Below, piece by piece: positions 9,936-19,811 of a DNA stretch of 64,000 nt. Origin of the DNA: an uncultured Solirubrobacterales bacterium (GTDB lineage Bacteria; Actinomycetota; Thermoleophilia; Solirubrobacterales; Solirubrobacteraceae); contig CAVQLO010000007.1 in the NCBI GenBank assembly GCA_963713385.1, forward strand, positions 59,020-123,019, written 5' to 3'. Under the pieces are notes generated by a model. It had not been told where the DNA came from, made no database searches, and saw only the letters and a program-made list of their open reading frames with translations. The stretch's first letter is position 1. The number at the start of each line of letters is the position of its first letter. Position numbers and translations under genes: made by a program.

Positions 9936-11152
9936 TCGGTCCCGAGACACTGCGCATCGCGTGGAGCGGGATCACCGCCAACAAGCTCCGCTCAGGTCTG
10001 ACGATCCTCGGGATGACGATCGGGGTCGCCTCGGTGATCATCCTGATCGCCGTCGGCAACGGCTCCTCCAAGGCCGTGGCATCGCGCATCCAGAGCCTCG
10101 GCACCAACGTGCTCGTCGTGCAGCCGAGCGGCGGATTTCGCGGCGGCGCGCGCGCGAGCACGACAACAACCGTCTCGCTGACGAAGGCTGACGCCGAAGC
10201 GCTGCGCAATCCAGGCCTCGCACCGGACGTCAAGAGCGCCTCACCGGTTGTCAACGCCACGGGGGTGAAACTCGTATACGGCAGCTCGAGCTATGAACCA
10301 GCCTCCTTTGTCGGCACCACGCCCTCCTACCTGACGGCCCACAGCTACAAGCTCGCCGAAGGCGCCGCATTCACGGAAGCCGACGTCAACGAACACAAGC
10401 GTGTCGCGGTGATCGGCCAGGAAGTCGTGCAGGAACTGTTCGCCGGGCAGAGCGCCGTCGGGCAGAACATGAAGGTCAACGGGAGCAACTACGAAGTGGT
10501 CGGCGTGCTGGCCAAAAAGGGGACCAACGGCGCCACCAACGAGGACGACGTCGTGATGGCCCCGATCACGACCGTGCAGAACGCACTCACCGGCCCCGGG
10601 GCGATCGACTCGATCACCGTCCAGGCGAAGTCCGAATCGGCGCTCAACGCCGCAGAAGCAGAGGTGACCCAGATCCTCGAGGAACGCCACAAAATCAAGG
10701 ACACGGCCGAACCCGGCTTCAGCGTGCTCAACCAGGGATCGCTGCTGGAAACCTCCAGCTCGACCAGCAGCGTGTTTACGACGCTGCTTGGCGAGGTGGC
10801 CGCGATCTCGTTGCTCGTCGGCGGGATCGGGGTGATGAACATCATGCTCGTGAGCGTCACCGAGCGGACCCGCGAGATCGGCATCCGCAAGGCGATAGGC
10901 GCCAGACGCGGCGACATCCTCACCCAGTTCCTGACCGAGGCCGTGCTCGTCTCCCTTTTCGGCGGGCTCACCGGCGTGGCTGTCGGGATCATCGGCAGCC
11001 AGTTCAAGATCGCCGGCGTGCAGCCGGAAGTCGCCACGTACTCGATCTTCCTCGCCTTCGGCGCGGCCCTGCTCTCCGGCCTGTTCTTCGGCACCTACCC
11101 GGCCGCACGCGCCGCCCACCTCAGACCGATCGAAGCGCTGCGCTTTGAGTGA
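9932..11152 (+). CDS. MacB/FtsX-type ABC permease
   Basis: ANKLRSGLTILG, ISLLVGGIGVMNIMLVSVTERTREIGIRKAIGA, PIEALRFE. Confidence 0.95.
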   Translation: MIGPETLRIAWSGITANKLRSGLTILGMTIGVASVIILIAVGNGSSKAVASRIQSLGTNVLVVQPSGGFRGGARASTTTTVSLTKADAEALRNPGLAPDVKSASPVVNATGVKLVYGSSSYEPASFVGTTPSYLTAHSYKLAEGAAFTEADVNEHKRVAVIGQEVVQELFAGQSAVGQNMKVNGSNYEVVGVLAKKGTNGATNEDDVVMAPITTVQNALTGPGAIDSITVQAKSESALNAAEAEVTQILEERHKIKDTAEPGFSVLNQGSLLETSSSTSSVFTTLLGEVAAISLLVGGIGVMNIMLVSVTERTREIGIRKAIGARRGDILTQFLTEAVLVSLFGGLTGVAVGIIGSQFKIAGVQPEVATYSIFLAFGAALLSGLFFGTYPAARAAHLRPIEALRFE

Positions 11153-11922
11153 GCCATCATTCCCCCATCAGGAGCCCGTCATGCCCGAAGAGCCCGCCAT
11201 CTCACCCGACGAACCTGTGATCGGAGACGCCTCTGCTCAGGACACGGCTGTTTACGCCCAGCAGACGGCTGCGTATGAGCCGATCGAAGACCAGGACGAG
11301 TGGTTGGAGGACTCCTCCGAGCTGCCCCGCCGGCCGCGCCGGCGCCTGCTCAGCCCCGTCCCGCTGGCGCTGCTGGGCGTGCTGCTGATCGCCTGCGGAT
11401 TCATAGCCGGCGTGCTCGTCGAGAAGGGCCAGACCTCCTCCGGCTCCTCCGCCAGCGCCGCCGGGGGTCTCGCCGCGCGCTTCGCGGCCCTCCGCGGGGG
11501 CGCCTCGGGCGCGAGCGGTAGCTCCGGCGCGGCGGGCAGCTTTGGCGGCGGCGGACTCGCCGGGGCCGGAGGCGCGACTTCCGGAAGCGTGGCCAATCTG
11601 AGTGGAAACACGCTGTATGTGACGACCGCTGAAGGCAATACCGTCAAGGTCACGGCCTCACCCGCAACGACCGTGACCAAGACCGTGAAATCCGAAGTCA
11701 AGGCGATTCACCCGGGTGAAACGGTGACCATCACGGGTGCCACGGCATCCAACGGATCAATCAGCGCCGAAGCGATCAGGGTCGGCGGCGAGCGGCGGCG
11801 GCCTCGGCGCGCTGTTCGGTGGCGGCGCGAGCGGCAGGTCCAGCGCAGCTGGCGGCGGCGCGAGCGGCGCCGGCTCGACCACGAAGGGTGGCGAACCCGC
11901 CCTCTTCGGACCCGGAGGCTGA
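11145..11922 (+). CDS. Single-TM Gly/Ser-rich accessory protein with small beta (DUF5666-like) domain; frameshift near 11790
   Basis: Overlaps the permease stop; TM segment, then GSVANLSGNTLYVTT...IHPGETVTITG; tail in ORF 11737..11922. Confidence 0.7.
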
Positions 11923-12025
11923 GCTTAGGAGCGCATAAGGCAGTCCGGTTAACGTTGCCCGCGGTCGACAACGGTCAAGCAGGCCCGGGCGCCCAACGGG
12001 GGCGGCCGATAGTCAAAGGAGCTCA

Positions 12026-12691
12026 ATGCATCACATCACGCGCAATAAATCCAGGCCCGCGACGAGGGTGATCATCGCGCTGGCCCTGCTCGTCAGCTGT
12101 CTCGCGCTGGCGGCCTGTGGCAGCTCGAGCTCGAGCACCACCACGAGCGCCAACGCGGCGGCCACGACAACGCCCGGCGGCGGGACGGGCGCCACTGGAG
12201 CGCGCGCCGGACGCTTTACCGCGCTGCGCGAATGCCTGGCGAAGAACGGGATCACCTTGCCGAAACGGACCCCGGGGCAGCGGCCACCGGCCGGCAGTGG
12301 CGGTTTCTTCGGCGGTCGCGCGGGCCTTCAGCTCCCCAACGGCGTGACGCGTGCGCAGATGCAAGCCGCCCTGAAGAAGTGCGGCGGCGGGGCCAGCGCC
12401 GGACTGCGCAACTTCAACACCCCGGCTTACAAACAGGCCCTCACCAAGTTCGCCGCGTGCATGCGTGAAAACGGCGTCAACGTGCCAGCACCGAACACTT
12501 CCGGCAGCGGTCCTGTCTTCAACACCAAGGGACTGAACACGAGCAGCGCCCAGTTCCGCAGCGCAGAGGCGAAGTGTCGCACCGACCTGGCCGGCACGTT
12601 TCGCGGCGGCGCGGGCCGCCCGCCCGGCGGCGGCCCGCCCGGTGGTGGCCCGCCGCCCGGCAGCGCCTCAGGAGAAGTCTCCGCGGGCTGA
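12026..12691 (+). CDS. Lipoprotein with two Cys-pair repeats
   Basis: AAAGGAG RBS, lipobox LAAC, repeated C(L/M)xxNG(I/V)...KC units. Confidence 0.8.
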   Translation: MHHITRNKSRPATRVIIALALLVSCLALAACGSSSSSTTTSANAAATTTPGGGTGATGARAGRFTALRECLAKNGITLPKRTPGQRPPAGSGGFFGGRAGLQLPNGVTRAQMQAALKKCGGGASAGLRNFNTPAYKQALTKFAACMRENGVNVPAPNTSGSGPVFNTKGLNTSSAQFRSAEAKCRTDLAGTFRGGAGRPPGGGPPGGGPPPGSASGEVSAG

Positions 12692-12709
12692 GCTCCGAGG
12701 TGTGAGCAC

Positions 12710-15349
12710 TTACTTGCTCTTGGGATCGGGGATCGCGGCCGAGCTAGGCTTGGTCGCGATCGTCGGCACCGGAAGTGTCGCTACGCGCGCGATCAGCTGT
12801 TCCCACTGGGCCGGAGTCAGTTCGCCACCGGCGAGCGCCGGCCCGGGAGCGAGTTCGCCGCTGGCGAGCGCCGGCGCGGGAGCCGTTGGCCCGCTAGGCG
12901 CCGAGCGTGCGACGGTCGCCTGCGCCTGAGCCTGGGGGCGCGGCGCGGGTGCGAACACGATCTCGATGTAGTCGCCGTGGTCGGCTCGTGCGAGCGTGCT
13001 CGGAGCACCCGGGTAGCGCATCAGGCTGACGATCTTGCGGGGCACGAACTCTCCCTGCAGCGTCAGCAACGTGCGGATCGTCGTGTCGGTGATCGATCCC
13101 GCGCCCTGGTGGCCGGCGATCGGGACGCCGTTGATCTGCGTGATCGCCAGCGCGTCGCCCTCGTGTCCGGGGCTGACGTACCCCGCGGCCGCATACGCGC
13201 CACCGGCGCACGGCAGGGTGCCAACCGTCGGCTTCAGCCCGCTTCGCGACAGGAAGCCCAGCGCCGCGAGCGCGCGCCTATCGATCGCCCCGGAAGCGAC
13301 TTCGCTGCGCGCGCAGGCCGACATGGAGATGCCGGGGTCGGCCAGGATCTCGCGCTCGAGCTCGCTCTTTGACAGCAGGAACACGTCGCTGGCGGTCGCC
13401 GCGATCAGGTTGACTTCGCCCTTGGCGCCTTCCGGATGAAGCGCGTCCGCAAGCTGAGACCAGTTCGTCAGGACAGCGCGCGGATCGACCGTCTGCGAGT
13501 CCCCCGCGAGGCGGATCGAGAAGCGCAGATGGCCGTACTTTGCGTCCGCGGGCGCCCGCACGCGACCGAGCACCGTGCCCTCGGCGACGACCGACCCGCG
13601 CTTCAGCGGCAGCGTGCCGCGAGTGGGGCTCACGTGCCGGTGCACGGCGCGAATTGCAGCGGCCGCGATCGCATCGGGGTTACCGGGATGGGCGAACAGG
13701 CGGACCTTCCCCATGCCCGCGGGAACCGCTTCGCCAGAGCCTGTCGTCGCACCCGACGCTTCACCCGCTGGCGCAGTCGCGGGCGACGCACCCTGAGCAG
13801 CGGCCGCAGGCTGCGCGATCGCCGTCTTGACCCGAAGCGTCACCGGCGTCTGACGCCCGGCGCTCGCTGGCTGAGAGGGCTTTGGGTCGTGTCCGGTCGA
13901 GGCTGCGACCGAAGGTGCCCCAGTCGGCGGCTGGGGGGACCTGGGCAGGGTGTAGGTCGGCGCGATGCTCCCCAGGCCCGCATAGGTGAAGACATCGCCG
14001 AAGACGTCGCGCAGGATCACGTACCGGCCGAGCCTCCTGGAGGCGCCGAGCTCGACGATGCGACCGCTCTGCACCGCCACCACGTCGGCGGTGCGACCGG
14101 TCATCAGGTCGACGAACTGCGGTTCGACGGCCTTTTTCCCGTCCGTGGCGGCTGCTGCCGCCGCGGATGGCGTGGGCGGCGGTGTCGCTCCAGCAGACGC
14201 GGTGGAGGCGCCCGACGGCGCCGCCGCGCTGGCGGTAGAGCTCGGTGAGGGCGCAGCGCCTTGGACCGCCGTCGCGCCCGCGGTGGCGCTCGAGGAGGCG
14301 GACGGCGTCGGCTCGGGAGCCCCCCACATCAGCTGCTTGCCGGTGACCGGAGGGCGACCATCGACCAGACCGGTGAGCGTCGCGATCACGGGAGTCGGGT
14401 AGCTGGAGATCAGCTTGGCGCGCAGCAGAACGGAATCGACGTATTCCTGGGAGTGGTTGTAGGCGAGGATCGCCCTTTCCAGGTTCTGGGACGCCCCCGC
14501 GGCGCGCAGGTAGCGCGCCGCCGCGAAGATCGCGTCCACCGGGTTGTAAGGATCCGCGTAGCCGGCGTTGAGCGCGTCCACGCCGTATTGCAGCCAGGTG
14601 GAGGGCATGAACTGCATCCACCCCTCCGCGCCGGCGGTCGAGACCGACAGATCGGTGCCGTAGTTGGTCTCGATTTCGTTGATCGCCGCGAGGATCTGCC
14701 AAGGCACGCCGTACTCCACCGCCGCCGCCTGGTAGATCGGCAACAGGAAGAGCGGCACGCGATAGAACGCGAGCGCCTGCGCGGAGGCCGCCGATGCGGC
14801 GAGCTGCCCCGTAAGCGCCCCCGCGCCGCCGGCTGCCAGCTGCGGAGGCGGAGCGACGCCGTTAGGGCCGCTGCTACCGGCTGCGCCGGTTGACCCGGTC
14901 GAGCCGTCGCCGGTCGAGCCGGCGTGCGGCGTCCCCGTCTGCGGACCCTTCGCGCCTCCGCCGTCAGGAGATTCCTGGGCGTGCGCATGCTTCGAGACCT
15001 GATCGCCGCTGCCTTCGTCCTTGGCGGCCTTCTGCGCGCCCTGGCCGACGACCGCGGGCACTGGCGAAGCCGCCTGCGCGGACGAGGACGCGGGCGCAGG
15101 GGTCGCGGGCGAATCGCCGTGGCCGCGGGACCTGTCGAAGTCGTCGAGGTTGGCGAAGTCGAGGTCGAGGTCGACCCATGATCCGGGGGCGATGATCGGC
15201 GTCGAGCCGTCATCACCGGAAGGCCCGCCGGGCAGCGCCGATCCGAGCGCGCCGCTTGACAGCGGACCGCCGAGACCGACGGCCGTCAGCCCGCCGCCGG
15301 CGAGGGCGGAGAGCACCACGCGCACCAAGCGCGAGCGTGAGGCCGTCAT
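12710..15349 (-). CDS. Secreted lytic murein transglycosylase with degenerate M23-like and C-terminal domains
   Basis: LAAINEIETNYG, GAEGWMQFMPSTW, DAIFAAARYL and AYNHS motifs; signal peptide from ATG 15349; probable compensating frameshifts near 15115-15190. Confidence 0.88.
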   Translation of the reverse strand: MTASRSRLVRVVLSALAGGGLTAVGLGGPLSSGALGSALPGGPSGDDGSTPIIAPGSWVDLDLDFANLDDFDRSRGHGDSPATPAPASSSAQAASPVPAVVGQGAQKAAKDEGSGDQVSKHAHAQESPDGGGAKGPQTGTPHAGSTGDGSTGSTGAAGSSGPNGVAPPPQLAAGGAGALTGQLAASAASAQALAFYRVPLFLLPIYQAAAVEYGVPWQILAAINEIETNYGTDLSVSTAGAEGWMQFMPSTWLQYGVDALNAGYADPYNPVDAIFAAARYLRAAGASQNLERAILAYNHSQEYVDSVLLRAKLISSYPTPVIATLTGLVDGRPPVTGKQLMWGAPEPTPSASSSATAGATAVQGAAPSPSSTASAAAPSGASTASAGATPPPTPSAAAAAATDGKKAVEPQFVDLMTGRTADVVAVQSGRIVELGASRRLGRYVILRDVFGDVFTYAGLGSIAPTYTLPRSPQPPTGAPSVAASTGHDPKPSQPASAGRQTPVTLRVKTAIAQPAAAAQGASPATAPAGEASGATTGSGEAVPAGMGKVRLFAHPGNPDAIAAAAIRAVHRHVSPTRGTLPLKRGSVVAEGTVLGRVRAPADAKYGHLRFSIRLAGDSQTVDPRAVLTNWSQLADALHPEGAKGEVNLIAATASDVFLLSKSELEREILADPGISMSACARSEVASGAIDRRALAALGFLSRSGLKPTVGTLPCAGGAYAAAGYVSPGHEGDALAITQINGVPIAGHQGAGSITDTTIRTLLTLQGEFVPRKIVSLMRYPGAPSTLARADHGDYIEIVFAPAPRPQAQAQATVARSAPSGPTAPAPALASGELAPGPALAGGELTPAQWEQLIARVATLPVPTIATKPSSAAIPDPKSK

Positions 15350-15642
15350 GCGCGCCACGCGCCGGCCCTGGTCATCGTCTGATCGTCCATTGATCGCTAT
15401 ATCGGTGTTACGGCCGGTGATCGTTGGCGTTGACCGCCGAGATTCAATATCGGCAGCCAAGCACGAGGCCGTAAAGGATTGGTAATCAGCGTCATCACAC
15501 CTACGTGCTCCCCGAGCGGCGCAGCCGCGCACGATCGCCCAGCATAGCCCGCCATTTTTGCCTCACCGCCACCCACCGTGCAACACCGCGCAAGACACGC
15601 GATGCTGGCGATCGAGAAGGCGACACGATAGTCTAGGAACCC

Positions 15643-15876
15643 GTGGAAGCCGTCCTGTCGATCCTTCAGATCATCATCTCGGTGATCGTCGTGCTGCTCG
15701 TGCTGATGCACTCGGGCAAGGATTCCGGGCTGTCCGGGGCGTTCGGCGTCGGAAGCGGCGCAGGCCCGCTCGGCGGCGGCTCCATGGTCGAGCGCAACCT
15801 CAATCGCTGGACGATCTTCTTCGCGATCCTGTTCGTGGTGAACGCGATCGTGTTGCTCAAGGCGCCGTGGGAATAG
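15643..15876 (+). CDS. secG: Preprotein translocase subunit SecG
   Basis: 77 aa, two TMs, LVLMHSGKDSGLSGAFG and VERNLNRWT. Confidence 0.95.
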   Translation: MEAVLSILQIIISVIVVLLVLMHSGKDSGLSGAFGVGSGAGPLGGGSMVERNLNRWTIFFAILFVVNAIVLLKAPWE

Positions 15877-18325
15877 CGGGCTCGCCCTCGGCCTCGGCGA
15901 TCTCGCTCTCACTCACATCGCCCTCCTCGGCCTCACCGGCGTAGGAATCGTCCATCGCCGGCACATCCGGCCACCCCCCCAGTCGGCTTGCGCCGGTGCT
16001 CGCCGACGGCCCGTCGGCGACGCCATCGGCCAGCTCGAGACCATCGAGAATCGTGAGCGCCTCGACGCGCAGCGCCGTGTCGGTCTCGCGATAGTCCTCG
16101 CGCGAGAGCTTGCCCATCCTGTAGTCGAGCTCGAGGTCGCGGATATCCCTGTACTTGGCCTCGCGCGCGGCGATCAGCGAAGCGCGCGCCGGGGTCTGCG
16201 AGCGCGCGCCCATCCGCCGGCGCCCTGCCAGCGGAGCCGGCCAGAGCGCGATCAGCGCACCTGCGAGGACGATCAGCCCACCGATCCAGATCCACATGAC
16301 AAGCGGCGAGACGATGAAGTGGAACTGCGCCTGCGGCGGGTTTTGCAGGTAGGAGCGAGCCAGATAGCCGATCGCGATGATCGCGTCCGCCGGCGGCAGC
16401 GTCCGATTGCCGACCGCGATGACTCGCTGCAGCGCCGGCGTTTCGATATCGGGCTCGATCGCGCTCCAAACATCGCGCGTGATGCCGGCGTCCATGCTCA
16501 CGTGACTGACCGGCTGGCCGCCGATCAGGCTCCCGACGGTGCCCTGAGCGGCTTCCTGTGAGGCATAGAACCCCTCGCTGGGGTTCAGTGTCGCCACGTG
16601 ACGTCCCTGCTTGGTCACATCGATCACGGCGCCGAGGTTCAGCGTCGAGCCGGTGTGGGCGGCGTCCTGCTTCGGCGTGATGCTCGCAGTCGGCCGCACG
16701 TAGCGAACCCGGTAGGCGCCCACGCGCGTGGACTGGCCCGGCGACAGGCCGAGCTCGGACTCGTGCTGGAAGGACGAGGAGGCGGCGACGCCGATGAACA
16801 GCACCGCGATGCCGATGTGCACGACATAGCCGCCGTAGCGACGGCGGTTTCGCCGCACGAGCCCCAGCAGCGCGACCGGCGGCGCCTCGCCGGTCATCGC
16901 GCGTCGCACGCGCGCGCCGCGCACGAACTCCTGTCCGACCGCGCCGAGCACGAATGCCCCGAGGCAGAACATCGCGAGCGCGAACGGGCTCCCGTGCACC
17001 CCGCCGATGAGCAGCGCCGCCAGCGTCACCAGGGCCGCCAACGCGGGCGCGACGAAGTTGCGCCGGGCATTGGCGAGCGTCGCGCGCCTCCACGCGATGA
17101 CCGGACCGATGCCGCTCAGCAACACGAGCACGAGCGCCAACGGGACCGTGTAGCGGTCAAACCACGGCGGTCCCACCGATGCTTCCTGGCCGGTGAGCGC
17201 CTTTGAGATCAGCGGGAACCAGGTGCCCCAGAAGATCACGAAGCACAGCCCCACGAGCACCAGATTGTTGGCCAGGAAGACCGACTCGCGCGACAGCAGC
17301 GAATCCAGCCGGTGCTCGGAGCGCAGCATCTCCCTGCGCGAGACCACGAGGTAGATCGAGCCGACGATCAGCGTCGCGATCAGGACGACGAACGGAACAC
17401 CGAGCGTCGCGCCGCCGAACGCGTGGATCGAGTTGAGGATGCCGCTGCGCACCAGGAACGTGCCCATGATCGCGAGCGTGCCCGTAGCGCACACCAGCGA
17501 CACGTTCCAGACCTTCAGCATCCCGCGTTTCTCCTGGATCATCAGCGAGTGCAGGAAGGCGGTGCCAGTCAGCCAGGGCATCAGCGAAGCGTTCTCGACG
17601 GCGTCCCAGCCCCAGTAGCCACCCCAGCCGAGCTCCGAGTAGGACCAGCGGGCGCCAAGCAGGATGCCCACGCCGAGGAACAGCCAGGCCGCGAACGCAA
17701 AGCGGCGGATCGCTTTGATCCACTCCGCGTCGACCCTGCGCGCCAGCAGCGCGCCCATGCCGAACGCGAGCGGGATCGTGCACAGCGTGTAGCCCGAGTA
17801 GAGCATCGGGGGATGGATCATCATCGTCGGGAAACGCAGCAGCGGGTCCAGGCCGACGCCTTCCGGTGGGGCTGGGCTGGTCGTGTCGAACGGCGTCGCG
17901 TAGAAGACCATCAGCGAGACGAAGAACGCGCCGAAGCCGAGCAGGATCGCGGTCGCGTAGCTGGCGACCTGGCGCATGCGCCCGCGCAGCAGGAACAGCG
18001 CAAGGCTCGACCACAGCGAAAGCAGCCATGCCCACAGCAACAGCGAGCCTTCCTGGGAGGCCCACACCGCGGCGGCCTTGTAGAACGTCGGGGTCGTCCG
18101 GCTCGAGGTGTCGGCGACCGTGTTGAACGCGAAGTCGTTGCGCAGGAATGCGACCTCGAGCACCGCGAACGCGACGGTCAGGATGCCCGCCAGCGCATAC
18201 ACCGAGCGACGTCCCGAGGCGGAGAGGTCCGCGCGGTCGCTGCGCGCGCCGCGGATCGACGCGACGATGCCGTACGCGCACACGCCGAGCGCGAGCAGCA
18301 GGCACAGGCGCCCCAGGTCGGCCAT
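15857..18325 (-). CDS. ccmF: Cytochrome c heme lyase CcmF/NrfE
   Basis: WASQEGSLLLW, IHPPMLY, WGGYWGWDAVENASLMPW (WWD domain), SIHAF, RRYGGYVVHIG. Confidence 0.95.
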   Translation of the reverse strand: MADLGRLCLLLALGVCAYGIVASIRGARSDRADLSASGRRSVYALAGILTVAFAVLEVAFLRNDFAFNTVADTSSRTTPTFYKAAAVWASQEGSLLLWAWLLSLWSSLALFLLRGRMRQVASYATAILLGFGAFFVSLMVFYATPFDTTSPAPPEGVGLDPLLRFPTMMIHPPMLYSGYTLCTIPLAFGMGALLARRVDAEWIKAIRRFAFAAWLFLGVGILLGARWSYSELGWGGYWGWDAVENASLMPWLTGTAFLHSLMIQEKRGMLKVWNVSLVCATGTLAIMGTFLVRSGILNSIHAFGGATLGVPFVVLIATLIVGSIYLVVSRREMLRSEHRLDSLLSRESVFLANNLVLVGLCFVIFWGTWFPLISKALTGQEASVGPPWFDRYTVPLALVLVLLSGIGPVIAWRRATLANARRNFVAPALAALVTLAALLIGGVHGSPFALAMFCLGAFVLGAVGQEFVRGARVRRAMTGEAPPVALLGLVRRNRRRYGGYVVHIGIAVLFIGVAASSSFQHESELGLSPGQSTRVGAYRVRYVRPTASITPKQDAAHTGSTLNLGAVIDVTKQGRHVATLNPSEGFYASQEAAQGTVGSLIGGQPVSHVSMDAGITRDVWSAIEPDIETPALQRVIAVGNRTLPPADAIIAIGYLARSYLQNPPQAQFHFIVSPLVMWIWIGGLIVLAGALIALWPAPLAGRRRMGARSQTPARASLIAAREAKYRDIRDLELDYRMGKLSREDYRETDTALRVEALTILDGLELADGVADGPSASTGASRLGGWPDVPAMDDSYAGEAEEGDVSESEIAEAEGEPAIPTAP

Positions 18326-18371
18326 CAGCGCCTGCCTGTTGAGGGAATGATCTGCGCCCTGGCCGCCGCCA

Positions 18372-18788
18372 TCAGGCGTTCTGCTTCTCGCTGGGCGGCG
18401 CCGTCTTGTACTTCGATGGGCACTTGGTGATCAGCGAGTCGCGTTCGCCAATGAAGCGCGAGCCCTCGCGCTGCACGGTCACGATCACCTCGCGCCCTTC
18501 GCGAAAGGGATCTGGAACCGTTCCCGTATAGGCGATCGGGATCGCCGTCCCGCCTGCGCGGTCGGCAACGCTGAAGTCGAGCACGGCGCCTTGGCGATGG
18601 ACCGATGATTTGACGACCGTGCCGGTCAGCTGATAGCTACGGCCGGGCTGGGCCTGGCGGACGAGCTGGCTGGGGCTGAGCGCCGGACTCGCCGCGCTGA
18701 AGCTCGTGTACACGAGCGCGCTGGCGAGGATCACGGCGACGCTCAACGCCGCGATCAGCCGAACCGTCCGCTTGCGCGATGGGCTCAT
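18372..18788 (-). CDS. ccmE: Heme chaperone CcmE, CxxxY variant
   Basis: TM anchor, YTGTVPDPFREGREVIV, TKCPSKY; directly upstream of ccmF. Confidence 0.93.
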   Translation of the reverse strand: MSPSRKRTVRLIAALSVAVILASALVYTSFSAASPALSPSQLVRQAQPGRSYQLTGTVVKSSVHRQGAVLDFSVADRAGGTAIPIAYTGTVPDPFREGREVIVTVQREGSRFIGERDSLITKCPSKYKTAPPSEKQNA

Positions 18789-18933
18789 CCCGGCAAGTAT
18801 CTCAAAACGGGATTTGACATCGCGCCGCAACCGGCCCCCCGCACGCCCGGTGCGCGCCTGACCCACTTGCAGGGAAATCGCGCTTGCAAAGCGAAACCTT
18901 CGACGCCTTCAGGCGTCTTATGTGTAGAGAACC

Positions 18934-19194
18934 ATGAGAGCGAGCCTTCCCAAGTCCCTCAGCGAGCGTCGCCGTCAACGACGGCACTCCCGCCGGCGCC
19001 AGCGGCGCGTCGCGGTCCCGCGGCGCGCGCTGCACAGTCGCGCCACCGCTCCGCCGTCCGCGCTCGCGCGGGCGCGCGACGCCGGCGGCCCGATCGACGA
19101 GGCCTGCTACAGCTGCGAGTGCGGCTACGTGTTCGTCGCGCAGGTCTCGACGACCGTCAGCTGTCCGCACTGCCGGGCAGGCCAGGCCTGGTAG
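18934..19194 (+). CDS. Small Zn-ribbon protein
   Basis: YSCECG...SCPHC at the C-terminus; fills the gap between ccmE and the rrf2 gene. Confidence 0.7.
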   Translation: MRASLPKSLSERRRQRRHSRRRQRRVAVPRRALHSRATAPPSALARARDAGGPIDEACYSCECGYVFVAQVSTTVSCPHCRAGQAW

Positions 19195-19228
19195 CAGCGC
19201 TGCGCGAGCTCCTCGTCGGCGCGCCTGC

Positions 19229-19687
19229 TCAGCGCGTCTGCCAGGCCTGCTCCTCGCGCGTGAGTTTGAGCACGCTGTTGGGCAGCTTGCCGGCAGCCAC
19301 GTCGGCGACCGTCACCTGCTCGAGCACCTTGCGCAGGTTGGCTCGCAGCGCGATCCACACCTGCTTGAGCGACTCGGCCGACCCGACGTACTCGACCTCC
19401 TCCGGGCGTTGACCGCGCACACCCACGAGCGGCCCCTCGACTGCCCTGATCACATCCGCGAGGCTGAGCTCCTCGGGCGGCTTTGCCAGCCAATAACCAC
19501 CCTCGGGGCCGCGTTGGCTGCGAACGACTCCCGAGGAGCGCAGCTGCGTGAGGATGTTCTCCAGGAACGAGAGCGGTATCGCCTGCGCCTTCGCGATCTC
19601 GTCGACCTTGCGCGGAGACCCCTGACTGCTGTCGGCCAGCTCGACCACCGCGCGTACGGCGTAGTCGGCCTTCGCGGTGACATGCAT
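19229..19687 (-). CDS. Rrf2-family regulator without cysteines
   Basis: TAKADYAVRA, FLENIL, SQRGPEGGY, DVIRAVEGPL. Confidence 0.93.
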   Translation of the reverse strand: MHVTAKADYAVRAVVELADSSQGSPRKVDEIAKAQAIPLSFLENILTQLRSSGVVRSQRGPEGGYWLAKPPEELSLADVIRAVEGPLVGVRGQRPEEVEYVGSAESLKQVWIALRANLRKVLEQVTVADVAAGKLPNSVLKLTREEQAWQTR

Positions 19688-19811
19688 GACTTGATTCTCC
19701 CCGAATCGGCGGCGGAGGGCGCAGGGCGGGGCCCGCGCGGGCGTCCTCGTTGCGCAGAGGCGCTCCTGGACCGGCTCACCCTCCCAACATCGCGGCCCGT
19801 AGCATCTGATC

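Noticed and set aside
15350-15640. c-di-AMP (ydaO) riboswitch upstream of the transglycosylase
   Set aside because: Expected by context, but the conserved motifs were not recognisable.
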